Source: Eledone cirrhosa | Taxonomy: Eukaryota | Direction: 5' to 3' | NCBI GenBank assembly: GCA_964016885.1 | Contig: OZ024744.1 | Span: forward strand, 46,686,001-46,750,000 | Length of the DNA stretch: 64,000 bases | Shown here: piece by piece, positions 12,701 through 24,780 of the stretch | How positions within the stretch are numbered: the first letter of the stretch is position 1 | How the letters are laid out: each line of letters starts with the position of its first letter | Translations under genes and position numbers: made by a program | The notes under the pieces: model-generated | Database searches by the model: none | What the model was told of the DNA's origin: nothing | What the model saw: only the letters and a program-made list of their open reading frames with translations

Positions 12701-14978
12701 ACGTTGCTGACGATAGCTAATAAGCTTGAAACTAGTACAACGTTCCTTTGTCAGTGTTGAACAAACGATCAACGATGGTTGCTAGACACTATGGCTTAAT
12801 ACGGGATGTTTCTTTACAAACACACCGTGCATTATAATAAATGTTCGGTGAATCCATACGTACATATATATATGTGTGTGCATGTATGTATATATATATA
12901 TATACAAACTACTGTACGTCTGTATACATATATGTATGTACGTGTACATACCTATATTTAAGTAACAACCGTACTAAGAGTGGGAAATGAAATTTCGTTT
13001 CATTTTTTCCGTTTATGGATTTCGGTGCACCCTGCCGATTAACCCACCCTAGTATAGCGTTCCTTTGTCAGTGTTGAACAAACGAGCAGCGATGGTTGCT
13101 AGACACTACGGCTTAATACGGGATATTTGTTTACAAACACTCCGAGCAGTATAATAAATGTTCGGTTAATCCATACGTACATATATATATGTGTGCATGT
13201 ATGTATATATATATTCATACTACTGTACGTTTGTATACATATATGTATGTACGTGTACATACTTATATTTAAGTAACAGCCGTACTAAGAGTGGGAAATG
13301 AAATTTCGTTTCATTTTTTCCGTTTATCGTTTTCGGTGAACCCGGCCGATTAACCCACTCGATATGCAAATTGGGCTACTCAGCCGTTAATATGCATACG
13401 TTATATATATACGTTCAACAATCTGGCAGGAAGCTATACGTTGCTGATGATAGCTAATAAGCTTGAAACTAGTACAGCGTTGCTTTGTCAGTGTTGAACA
13501 AACGATCAACGATGGTTGCTAGACACTACGGCTCAATACGGGATGTTTGTTTACAAACACACCGTGCATTATAATAAATGTTCGGTGAATCCATACGTAC
13601 ATATATATATGTGTGCATGTATGTATATATATATACAAACTACTGTACGTCTGTATACATATATGCATGTACGTGTACATACTTATATTTAAGTAACAGC
13701 CGTACTAAGACTGGGAAATGAAATTTCGTTTCATTTTTTCCGTTTATCGTTTTCGATGCACCCAGCCGATTAACCCACTCGATATGTAAATTGGGCTACG
13801 CAGCCGTTAATATGCATAAGGTAAATATATACGTTCAACAATCTGGCAGGAAGGTATACGTTGCTGACGATAGCTAATAAGCTTGAAACTAGTACAGCGT
13901 TCCTTTGACAGTGTTGAACAAACGATCAACGATGGTTGCTAGACACTATGGCTTAATACGGGATGTTTGTTTACAAACGCACCGAGCATTATAATAAATG
14001 TTCGGTGAATCCATACGTACATATATATATGTGTGTGCATCTATGTATATATATATACATACTACTGTACGTCTGTATACATATATGTATGTACGTGTAC
14101 ATGCTTATATTTAAGTAACAGCCGTACTAAGAGTGGGAAATGAAATTTCGTTTCGTATTTTACGTTTATGGTTTTCGGTGCACCCGGCCGATTAACACAC
14201 TCTAGTATAGCGTTCCTTTGTCAGTGTTGAACAAACGAGCAACGATGGTTGCTAAACACTACGGCTTAATACGGAATGTTTGTCTACAAACAGACCGAGC
14301 ATTATAATAAATGTTCGGTGAATCCATACGGACACATATATATGTGTGCATGTATGTATATATATATACATACTACTGTACGTCTGTATACATATATGTA
14401 TGTACGTGTACATACTTATATTTAAGTAACAGCCGTACTAAGACTGGGAAATGAAATTTCGTTTCATTTTTCCCGTTTATCGTTTTCGATGCACCCGGCC
14501 GATTAACCCACTCGATATACAAATTGGGCTACTCAGCCGTTAATATGCATACGTTAAGTATATACGTTCAACAATCTGGCAGGAAGGTATACGTTGCTGA
14601 CGATAGCTAATAAGCTTGAAACTAGTACAGCGTTCCTTTGTCAGTGTTGAACAAATGAGCAACGATGGTTGTTAGATACTACGGCTTAATCCGGGATGTT
14701 TGTTTACAAACAGACCGAGCATTATAATAAATGTTCGGTGAATCCATACGTACATATATATATGTGTGCATGTATGTATATATATATTCATACTACTGTA
14801 CGTCTGTATGCATATATGTATGTACGTGTACATACTAATATTTAAGTAACAGCCTTGCTAAGAGTGGGAAATGAAATTTCGTTTCATTGTTTCCTTTTAT
14901 CGTTTTCGGAGCACCCGGCCGATTAATCCACTCGATATGCAAAGTGGGCTACTCATCCGTTAATATGCATAAGGTAAG
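9729..14978 (+). repeat. ~420-bp tandem satellite carrying hammerhead ribozymes (retrozyme-like), with ~312-bp deleted variants
   Basis: Unit anchor ACTGTACGT at 9741, 10161, 10585, 11007, 11319, 11752, 12172, 12485, 12911, 13222, 13642, 14064, 14375, 14795. Confidence 0.97.
9931..10018 (+). ncRNA. type I hammerhead ribozyme (representative; 10 copies)
   Basis: Stem I AYGTTG/CAGCGT, core CTGACGA 9963-9969, stem II AGCT-AATA-AGCT, GAAA 9984-9987, palindromic ACTAGT, cleavage triplet GTA 9991-9993. Other cores at 10383, 10807, 11542, 11974, 12707, 13444, 13864, 14597, 19983. Confidence 0.82.
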
Positions 14979-15256
14979 TGTTGTATGGACTGGGAATCGA
15001 ACTCACAACCTCATTGTTGTATGGACTGTTAAATTCGTTTTATACAATTTACACCTTCTCACACATTTGCATATGAATCACGTGACCTGGGCAGTCTGTT
15101 AGCGTTGGTATTAAAAACTCGGTCACAGACTGCTGCTGTCACTTACGTTATGTTATTCTGTTACTGTGAGGAGGGGCGTTTTGGTTGTTTCGTACAACAC
15201 ACAAATTATTTGATATAACTCGTGTTTTCTCTGCGAGTACCGAGAGGAATACAACA
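14979..15256 (+). repeat. 5' LTR (278 bp)
   Basis: Matches 19659-19939 with about 9 substitutions and one 3-bp indel by eye. Confidence 0.95.
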
Positions 15257-15341
15257 GAGTTTATTGTCGTCGCCGATAGGATTTACCTACATTGCCGATA
15301 CGATTTACCTACATTGCCGGGAAATTGTTTATCATAAAAAC

Positions 15342-18300
15342 ATGGCGGAACAACAAACAGCGGAGCTAATAAAGTTGTTTAGAGAACAGATGGAACAACA
15401 GATGCAACAACAGGAACAACAAATGCAACAACAGGAACAACAAATGCAACAACACAAGAAAGATATGGACACTCTGATAAAACTGTTTGGTGCTCGAGAT
15501 TCTGAACAACAGAGTTTATTGGCGTCGCCTGTTGCTTCGACACCAACAGCATTCATCCCACCATTTGCTGCTTTTGATTTAACAACAGAACTATGGCCTG
15601 ATTACTGGTCAAGATTCTGTACGATTGTGGCTGCTAACGCTGTACCCGAGCAACGCATGGCAAAAGTGTTCCTGACTAATCAGACGGCTGCTATCTACAA
15701 ACAACTTGCAAATCTGGCTGCTCAACAAAATCCGCCTAAGGATATCAACAAGTTGACAATGGACGAAATTGTTGACTTCATGAAAGAACAGTTCGACCCA
15801 AAACTTTTCATTGTGAGAGAACGTTTCAAGTTCTGGAGTGACATGCAACGGAAGCCAGGCGAAACTCTCCAGGAGCTGGCAGCACGTATACGTCAGGATG
15901 CAGCTACCTGTGATTTTCCTTCGATCACAAATCCACAAGATGAAGCTCTAAGACAGAGATTTATATGTTCTGTCAATAATGAAGCTGTGTTGAAGACTAT
16001 TTTCAAGATCAATGATACAGAACTAGATTTCGCCCGTGCTGTCCAAGTTGCCATCGGGCCCGAAGACGCAGCAAAGGTTACCAAGGAAACTGTTTACGGT
16101 TCCAAAACCAAGCAAGTCTACAAGGTCCAGCAGAACAAGAACAAGGGTCCTCTAAAGAACCATCAGCAGTCTTATTCCACAGACCAGGAGATGTGCTACC
16201 GATGTGGAAAGGCCCACAAAGCGACAGACTGCCCCTTCAAAGAAGCCAAATGTCATTTTTGTGACAAAAAGGGACATTTGCAAGCGGTGTGTAGAAAGAA
16301 ACAATATCAGCAACATAATCATCGCTCACAGAATTACGTAAAAAGAATCACGAAAGCTGAGCTAGTCAAGGCAATCCTTGGTGAAGTTCCCCACGATACT
16401 CATAGTTTGAATGTGCCAATAACAATCCAGAACAGACTTTTCGCAATGGAATTTGACACAGCTACTACAGGCAATTTTGTTTCCTTGTCAGTTTGGAAAC
16501 AATTAGGAAAACCGAAGCTGCAAGATGTCAAACATCGGTTTGAATCTGCCAGCAAGCACGACCTGCCCGTTCTGGGAACTTTCTTGGGCCAAACTAAGGA
16601 TCCAACGACCGGTAAACGGAATTCAATACCCTACATCGTCACCAAGATCCCTGATCTTAATTTGTTGGGACGAAACGCTATCCAGACTCTGGGAATTTCC
16701 GTGGACAATGCTCTAGGATTGAAAAGCATAGACAGTCAGGCCAAGAGTGAGGGTGCAGAAGTGATGCATCCAAAGACCTCAAATGAGCCCTATATTTCCA
16801 TGCAACGAGATTGTCAAATGTGTGATGAATTACCAGATCTCTTCAAGCAAGAATTGGGATGTCTTAATGACTTCGAACTGGAAGTGAAGTTCAAGTCGGA
16901 CGCGACACCAGTCTTTCACAAGGCACGCCCGGTCCCGTTTGTTCTTCGTGATGACCTGGCCAAAGGCTACGAAGAAGGCATCGCCAAAGGAATCTGGAAG
17001 CCAGTACAGTTCAACGAATACGGAACGCCAGTGCTACAGATTCGTAAAGCACATACTTCAGGCAACCTGAAGCCCAAACTACGGAGTTGTGGTGACTACT
17101 CTGTGGGAATTAATGACCAACTTGCAGATCATCGTCATCCAATGCCAATCCCAGAGGAACTGATGCAGAAGCTCGGAGGTGGATTCGGATACACAAAGAT
17201 TGATCTTGCTGATGCCTATAATCAGATCAAGCTGGCTCCAGAAAGTCAACGCAGGCTTGCACTCAGCACTCACCGTGGGGTGCTCCTGCAGGAACGACTC
17301 CCTTTCGGAATCAAGTCAGCACCTGGTTACTTTCAGGAGATCATGGAAAACCTGACTCAAGATCTACCTGGTGTGGCCGTCTTCCAGGACGACATGCTCG
17401 TCAGTGGGAAAGATGCAAACGATCACCTGAACAACCTAAAGTGTCTGCTTACACGTCTGTGCGACAAAGGACTCAGATGTCGCCGTGACAAGTGCCAGTT
17501 TGCACTACCCAGTGTGGAATACCTTGGACACACCTTGTCGGCTGAAGGGATCGCGAAGGGATCCAAGGTCGAAGCAGTTTTAAAGATGCCACCTCCAACG
17601 AACGTCTCAAGCTTGAAGTCTTTCCTGGGTTCAGTTCAGTTATATGGAAAGTTTATCCCAAACCTAGCCAGCATGGCAGAGCCACTCCATTGCCTTACGA
17701 AAAAAACGACTACTTGGAAGTGGGGAGATGAAGAACAGTCAGCTTTCGATCAGTTGAAAAATGTGCTTTCATCGGATCGAGTTCTGATACACTTCGATCC
17801 AAACAAAACTTTGGGACTGGCTTGCGACGCGTCAAACGTTGGTATTGGAGCAGTCCTGTTTCATCGCTATCCTGATGGAAGCGAGCGCCCAATATCCAAT
17901 GTGTCCAAGACTCTTACTTCTGCACAGCGGAAATACGGCCAAATTCAAAAGGAAGGAAGTTGGCCATCATATTTGGCTTGCAGAAGTTCTATCAGTATCT
18001 GTACGGACATCAGTTTATACTCGTAACTGACCACAAGCCACTGACATCACTTTTCAGTCCGAGGAAAGGGACGCCACTTCTCGCTGCTAACCGACTAGCA
18101 CGGTGGGCCCTGTGGCCGAACCAGTTTGACTACACCATCGAATATCGGAAAACAGCGGATCATGGCAATGCAGATGCCCTCAGTCGCTTGCCATTTGGTA
18201 ATGACATCGACTTTGACAGGAAGGAAAATGGTGAAGACATGGACATGGTGTGCACCATCAAAGCTCTCAGTCTTCAAGTCCAACCTATCGATGCTAACGT

Positions 18301-18571
18301 CCTCCGTCAAGAGTCAGGGAAAGATCCAGTGATATCTACAGTGATACGCTACGTCCGTGAAGGCTGGCCACCAAAGAATACTGAGATCAATGACGAAGTC
18401 AATAAGTTCCGGAAGTTATCGGATTCACTCAGTATCTGCCACGGATGCCTTATCCATGGACCGAGAGTTGTGATTCCACATAACCTACAGCCAAAGATCC
18501 TCAATCTTCTGCATCTCGGACACTTTGGCATGGAGCGCATGAAACAATTGGCAAGAACTGCTGTTTATTAG
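15342..18571 (+). pseudogene. gag-pol (two CCHC knuckles, protease, RT, RNase H, integrase zinc-binding start)
   Basis: ATG at 15342. CYRCGKAHKATDC and CHFCDKKGHLQAVC knuckles, FDTAT protease, FQDDML RT, CDAS and TDHKPL RNase H. Frameshift near 17955 and TAG at 18569-18571 where YWPGID is expected. Confidence 0.93.
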
Positions 18572-19624
18572 CCTGGTATCGATGCTGCTATAGAGAAAAC
18601 CAGTCGACAATGTGATTCGTGTGGTGAACATCAAAACCAGCCATCCAAGTCTCCAGTTCACCCATGGATGTTACCTGAAAAGCCGTGGAGCCGCTTACAC
18701 CTGGACTACGCAATAAATTTCATGGGCAGTAATTGGTTGGTGATCACGGATGCTTATTCCAAGTATCCATGCATTCGTCCTACGTCATCCACGTCCTCCA
18801 GAGCCACTTTAGATCTGCTTGAAGAAGACTTTGCGCACTTCGGATTTCCTCACACGCTAGTCACCGATAACGCACCAACTTTTATTTCTGAGGAGTTCCA
18901 GAGCTGGTGCAAAGAACGTGGGATCACGCACCTGACAGGGGCACCTTACCACCCTGCTACCAACGGAGCAGCTGAACGTTTGGTGCAGACCTTCAAACAA
19001 GCTCTGAGGAAGACTTCTCTTCCGCCGAAGCGAGCACTTCAAGAGTTCTTGATGCAGTACCGGAGAACACCGACATCCAGTGGATTCTCTCCGAGTGAAC
19101 TTTTGAATCACCGGCAGATACGGACAAGGATTGATTCTCTGCTACCCTCGCCAGCACACATCACTCAAGGCAAGCAGTCTAAGGAAGCATATAAGTCTCA
19201 GATGACTCCGGACTCGGCAGGTGTCGCTAAGGTTACCAGGCAGTACAAGGCTGGAGATCCTGTGTATGCACTGTACTACGGACCTCGCCAAGACAAAGAT
19301 CCCCGATGGGTACCAGCAATCATTAAGAAGGCATTGGGTACTCGCTGCTTCAACGTTAAGGTCATACCTCATGGCCCGGTGTGGAGACGACACTGGGAAC
19401 AGCTGCAACCGCGGTACACTACTGAGGAAGACAATGAACCTGGTGATGCAGTAGACACTGTTTTTGAATTTGCAACAGATCACCCGATGGAGATCTCGGA
19501 AATCGTGCCACTAACTCCAAGACAGACCAGACCCAAGACCTTATTGCCCGTTCCAGAGTATGGACCAGACAATCGAAGACGGTCCAAGAGAACTCGTAAA
19601 CCTCCAGAGAGACTTTGCTGTTGA
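18572..19624 (+). pseudogene. integrase portion of Gypsy pol
   Basis: PWSRLHLDY, VTDNAP and YHPATNGAAER D,D(35)E motifs, in frame after the premature stop. Confidence 0.92.
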
Positions 19625-19658
19625 TGCTTCTTTTGTCGCATCAATTTCGGTGGGGAGG

Positions 19659-19939
19659 TGTTGTATGGACTGGGAATCGAACTCACAACCTCATTGTTGT
19701 ATGGACTGTTAAATTCGTTTTATTCAATTTACACGTGCTCACACATTTGCATATGAATCACGTGACCTGGGCAGTCAGTCAGCGTTGGTATTAAAAACTC
19801 GGTCACAGATTGCTGCTGTCACCTACTTTATGTTATTCTGTTACTGTGAGGAGGGGCGTTTTGGTTGTTTCGTACAATACACAAATTATTTGATATAACT
19901 CGTTGTGTTTTCTCTGCGAGTACCGAGAGGAATACAACA
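19659..19939 (+). repeat. 3' LTR (281 bp)
   Basis: Follows the PPT, ends ATACAACA, then the TSD. Confidence 0.95.
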
Positions 19940-20285
19940 GTAAGTATATACGTTCAACAATCTGGCAGGAAGGTATACGTTGCTGACGATAGCTAATAAG
20001 CTTGAAACTAGTACAGCGTTCCTTTGACAGTGTTGAACAAACGAGCAACGATGGTTGCTAGACACTACGGCTTAATACGGGATGTTTGTTTACAAACACA
20101 CCGAGCATTATAATAAATGTTCGGTGAATCCATACGTACAAATATATATGTGTGCATATATGTATATATATATACATACTACTGTACGTCTGTATACATA
20201 TATGTATGTACGTGTACATACTTATATTTAAGTAACAGCCGTACTAAGAGTGGGAAATGAAATTTCGTTTCCTTTTTTTCGTTTA
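19940..20285 (+). repeat. continuation of the hammerhead satellite after the LTR element
   Basis: Resumes exactly at GTAAGTATATACGTTC. Core at 19983, last anchor at 20181, ends at (TA)n. Confidence 0.95.
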
Positions 20286-20287
20286 TA

Positions 20288-20356
<69 letters not shown>

Positions 20357-20629
20357 ATGTATATATGAAAATAATATATGCTTTGATCCATGAAGACGTT
20401 CCCTGGCAATGAACGGAAAAAGGCGAAGATAATACGTCGTTATGTGGGACGTTGACAACAATTCCACGTAAAGACAAAACCACGTAAAGACAAAACCACG
20501 TTTACGGCATAAATGTAGTCGTAGACTAATATACTATTTAGGAAACTGGATGATTCTCGGCTTCGGAGTTCAGAATAATGTAAATAAATTAGTTGAACGA
20601 AAATGACAGAGGTTATTATAATCATAAAA

Positions 20630-20752
20630 GTAATAATTGTTTCTATTTTAGGCACAAGGCCAGCAATTACTCAGTACATTACTGTTACTTTATTTTATCG
20701 ACCCCGTAAGGATAAAAGGCAAAGTTAACCTCGGCGGGATTTGAACTCAGAA
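20630..20752 (-). mobile_element. SINE fragment
   Basis: TTATCGACCCCGTAAGGATAAAAGGCAAAGTTAACCTCGGCGGGATTTGAACTC is the reverse of the family at 420-555. Confidence 0.75.
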
Positions 20753-20950
20753 TATATGCATACACACATTTATACACGTGCATATACGAAAACACACGGC
20801 ATGCATGCATATACATGCACGTACACATAAACACGCGCACACGGACGTAAACTGGGGCGACACATATACCCGCACACGTACGGACATATACACCAAATAC
20901 ACATATAAATATATGTTTGTGTGTATACATATAATTATATATACATATAT

Positions 20951-21599
20951 GGCATAGGTTAAGAATAACGTCCTCGAAATTGAAACTAGTTTTTCTGACA
21001 AGCGAATGTGTTTTTTTTTTTTTTACAATGAAATTTACGATACACTCTTTGTTTATTTACAACAGGTCTCTATAGTGATATGGTGTTAATTAGTATTGCA
21101 TGTGTGATTATTTTCTCTTATATATATATATGTGTGTATATATAGGTGTCTGTATGTATATATATATATGTGTGTTTGTATATATATGTGTGTTTGTGTC
21201 ATCATCATCGTTTAGATGTTTTTACCCAATCCCTTATCATTCTCTGTCCTTCTTATGACCCGGCCTTAATTTGTTTATAGTTGGTGCCAACTTTGGCAAG
21301 ATATTACAAAAACATCTAAACGATGATGATGACACAAACACATATATATATACAAACACACATATATATATATACATACAGACACATATATATACACACA
21401 TATACACACCCACACATATATATATATATAAGAGAAAATAATCACACACGCAATACTAATTAACACCATATCACTATAGAGACCTGTTGTAAATAAACAA
21501 AGAGTGTATCGTAAATTTCATTGTAAAAAAAAAAAAAAACACATTCACTTGTCAGAAAACCTAGTTTCAATTTCGAGGACGTTATTCTTAACCTATGCC
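20951..21599. repeat. long inverted repeat (~270-bp arms, ~85-bp spacer)
   Basis: GGCATAGGTTAAGAATAACGTCCTCG... pairs with ...CGAGGACGTTATTCTTAACCTATGCC. Inner ends CGTTTAGATGTTTT / AAAACATCTAAACG. Confidence 0.92.
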
Positions 21600-21776
21600 T
21601 ACATATATAAATATACACGCATAAATGCGTATAGAACGCACACATACCTACAGGTAAATACACATGTTCACCAAACGTACATATACCAAAACCCTATGTA
21701 CACATATACACACACCATACATACGTGCAAACACACATACAAACCTATATATACACATACATATGTACATATATGA

Positions 21777-21830
<54 letters not shown>

Positions 21831-21849
21831 TAGTTGTGTTGTATAATAT

Positions 21850-22580
21850 ATATACGATTGGAACTGTGTCTGAAGGTATTAAATTATATCAGGGACTTCT
21901 AACGTATGACACCGGTACGAGAGTTGAAACATTCCCAACGACACCAGGTACCTGCTGTCTTCATTATAACTTTAATTAACCTAATTATATCTTGTGTAAC
22001 AATTATATATATATATATACACACAATTTTAATTCCCCGACATCAGTCTTACACTGTCATATCTATTCTTACTTTACAATTGTGTTTACTAAGAGTTCCA
22101 TTACAATCTGTAGTAGTAAAACTACTATTTCACCAGAACATCTGCTATCAGTCATTTATAGACGATATATATATTTTAGACCACATATCAACCTAATATA
22201 TATATATTTCCTATCAAATCTGTAGCTAAAGACATAAAGTCAGCCTCACTACTTCATTCTGACAAGATATCAATTTATGACTAAAGATGAAGAAGATACA
22301 CCAACGTTAATGTCGTGAAATAAAGCTGATAACATCTTTGAAACTTCTAATTTGATAACAAAGAGATTATTTCTTTGGTTGTTTAGTAAAAACTAACAAC
22401 ACAACACATTGATGATATCTGAAGGAGGTAAGTTGACAAAGATTTACTTAATGTGTGTAAATAATATAATTACGTGAACTCTTCAACGATCCAGTAATTA
22501 ACCAGATTCCACTGTTACATGTGATATAAAATATATTGTTATCATGACTGTCTTTATTATTTAAAATACTCCCGTCTATT
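21850..22580 (+). repeat. duplicated upstream block of the ZF genes (paralog 36545-37370), candidate non-coding exon
   Basis: Colinear with 36545-37370. Donor-like GGAG|GTAAGT at 22428. Confidence 0.8.
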
Positions 22581-22817
22581 TAATTATCTTGTTCACTACA
22601 TTACATTATAAAATATATTTTATATTTAGCTGTACCTTGTCATTGCTTTAAGTAAATTAAAGATATATTTATTATTTAAATTACCTCCGTCTATTTAATT
22701 ATGTGGTTCACTACCTTACATTATAAAATATATTTTATATTTAGCTGTACCTTGTTGTTTCAGGGAAGTTTTGTTCGTTTTAGTCTAAATCTGTTTTGAT
22801 TTAATTTACTTCATCTA

Positions 22818-23640
22818 CATCATCATCATAATTTTACGTCCGTTTTTCAATCCTGGCATTTGTTGGATGGGTTCTTTTAAGCACAACATCTCCCCACTTG
22901 CTTGTTCCTTCGTCATCTCCTCTGTGAGTCTCAGCAATTTGCGATCAGCTCTCACAACATCTACCCTGGTCTACCTTTACTATGGTTTCCCTCCTCTGGT
23001 ATTCCCTGGCACTTCTTTAACCAGCGATCACCATCCATGGTTATCACATATCCATACCAAAGCAGTCTTCTCTCTTGCACATCATTCGGTTTCCTCTGAA
23101 GTTCAATTTCTTCCTCAATTTATCCAAGCTCTGACTTCCTCTCACATTTACGTTGCACATCCAACGAAGCATGGTCGCTCCATTTCTCTCCACCTAGATA
23201 GCAGAAGCTATCATTGCGTACAGTTTATGCCTACTCCTTTCCTACATATGCAGTAGGGTCACTTATTCTCTAGTTCTTTTATGGAGTCAGCTATAAGGAC
23301 CAGATCATTCACATAGACTGTTTCCCGTGAACAGCCAGTCTTAATCCCATTGGTTATGATGAACAGTAGTGGATTGTGAACTGAACCATGATGAACACCT
23401 ACCTGTACATTGAATTACTCAATAAACTCCCTTCCTACTCTCACTTTACTGACAGCTCCTCTGTACATGGCTTGCACTGCTCTCACAAACCATTCTCCAC
23501 CTAATTTTCTGAAGGACCATCAGATATCTGTGAGGTACTCTGTCAAAGGCCTTTTCTAGATCTACAAAAGCTAAATAAAGCAACTCAATCTTGGCTAGGA
23601 ACTTCTCTTGCACTTGTGTCACTAACAAGTTTCATCAATA
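22818..23640 (-). mobile_element. degraded RTE LINE 3' part
   Basis: LAFVDLEKAFDRVP on the minus strand and a (CAT)n tail at ~22819. Confidence 0.85.
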
Positions 23641-23659
23641 ATTCCAAAGAGAATGTCAA

Positions 23660-24737
23660 TTATATGTGTATGTGTGTTGAACAATGAACATAAAACAAAA
23701 GACTACCTTGAGGAGAAGAATATGGAAGTTGAAGGACCCCACAGCCAGTGACAAATTTAAAAACTTATTACTTGATGCTTTTGACAGTAAAGAAGAGCAA
23801 TTAGAGATGTACAATATAGAGGAACAGTGAAAATTCTTGAAAGAGAACCTGTTGAAAGCGATAGATGAAATCTGTGGCTGGAACAGGCCCATAGGCAGGA
23901 GGAGTGTAACTTGGTGGTGGAACAGTAAGGTGGAGGAGACAATCAAAGCCAAAAAGCAGGCTTGGAAAGTATGGAGGAAGTAGAGAACACTATCAAGTGG
24001 CTAGGAGACAAGTGACCCTTGCAAAAAGGGAAGCACAATGTGTCAAGGAAAATTGTGATATTGTCAGGGAGAAGTGAGTCTGTAATGATAATGGTGTACT
24101 TGCCCTCACTTTTACTGATAAGAAGATAGCTTGGAAGAGTTACTATGAGAGACTACTAAATGAGTAGAATAAATGGGAAAAATATAGTCTGCCCCATCTC
24201 GATCCAATAGAGGGACCAGCGGTGCAAGTTAAAGGTAGTATAATAAGTAAGGCAATCAAAGATATGAAGACAGGCTAGGCAGCTGGGCCTTCGGAGATAG
24301 TTGTTGAGATGTTGAAAGCATCTGGAATAGTGGGACATACTATGGTCACCCAGATAGTAAACCAAGTAATACAGAATGGGGTCATACCAAAGGACTGGTG
24401 TAGCAGCATCATCATTAACTGCTACAAGGGTAAAGGGGATGCTCTAGATAGGGGAAACTGTAGAGGCATTAAGTTAGTTGACCAGGTCATGAAGGTCACA
24501 GAGAGCGAATTGATCTAGATGAAATGCAGTTTGAGTTTGTGTCAGGTAAAAGTACCACAGACCCTCTTTTCCTTGTACGACAACTACAAGAGAAGTACCT
24601 AGCTAAAAGTAAACCCCTCTACTTAGCTTTTGTTGACTTGGAGAAAGCCTTTGACAGAGTCCCCCGCTCCATTATCTGGTGGGCTCTTAGAAAACTAGGT
24701 GTAGATGAATGCTTATGAGAGCTATACAAGCCATGTA
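23660..24737 (+). mobile_element. degraded RTE LINE (EN-RT linker and RT start)
   Basis: CYKGKGDALDRGNCRGIKL and AFVDLEKAFDRVP with stops. Ends at (TA)n. Confidence 0.9.
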
Positions 24738-24780
24738 TATGTATATATGTATATATATACATGTATACATATATATATAT

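Larger units (their letters stand above)
14979..19939 (+). mobile_element. full-length Ty3/Gypsy LTR retrotransposon (Mag-like), inactivated
   Basis: Direct LTRs with TGTTGTAT...ATACAACA ends, 5-bp TSD GTAAG (14974-14978 / 19940-19944), PBS-like 15265-15283, PPT GGTGGGGAGG 19649-19658, domain order gag-PR-RT-RH-IN. Confidence 0.97.

Noticed and set aside
9729-14978. CRISPR array
   Set aside because: Whole units are repeated with no unique spacers, the context is eukaryotic, and there are no cas genes.
15222-15341. N-terminal extension of gag in the ORF track
   Set aside because: It starts at a non-ATG codon inside the LTR and crosses the PBS. ATG 15342 is more plausible.
14979-19939. Active or env-bearing retrovirus
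   Set aside because: Frameshift, premature stop and mutated PBS, with no room for env between the integrase and the PPT.
20975-21005. Hammerhead in GAAACTAGTTTTTCTGACAAG
   Set aside because: The core is incomplete (CTGACAA) and stems I and II cannot be built.
21906-22225. Coding exon in the duplicated upstream block
   Set aside because: The frame is not conserved against the 36599 paralog and there is no recognisable domain.
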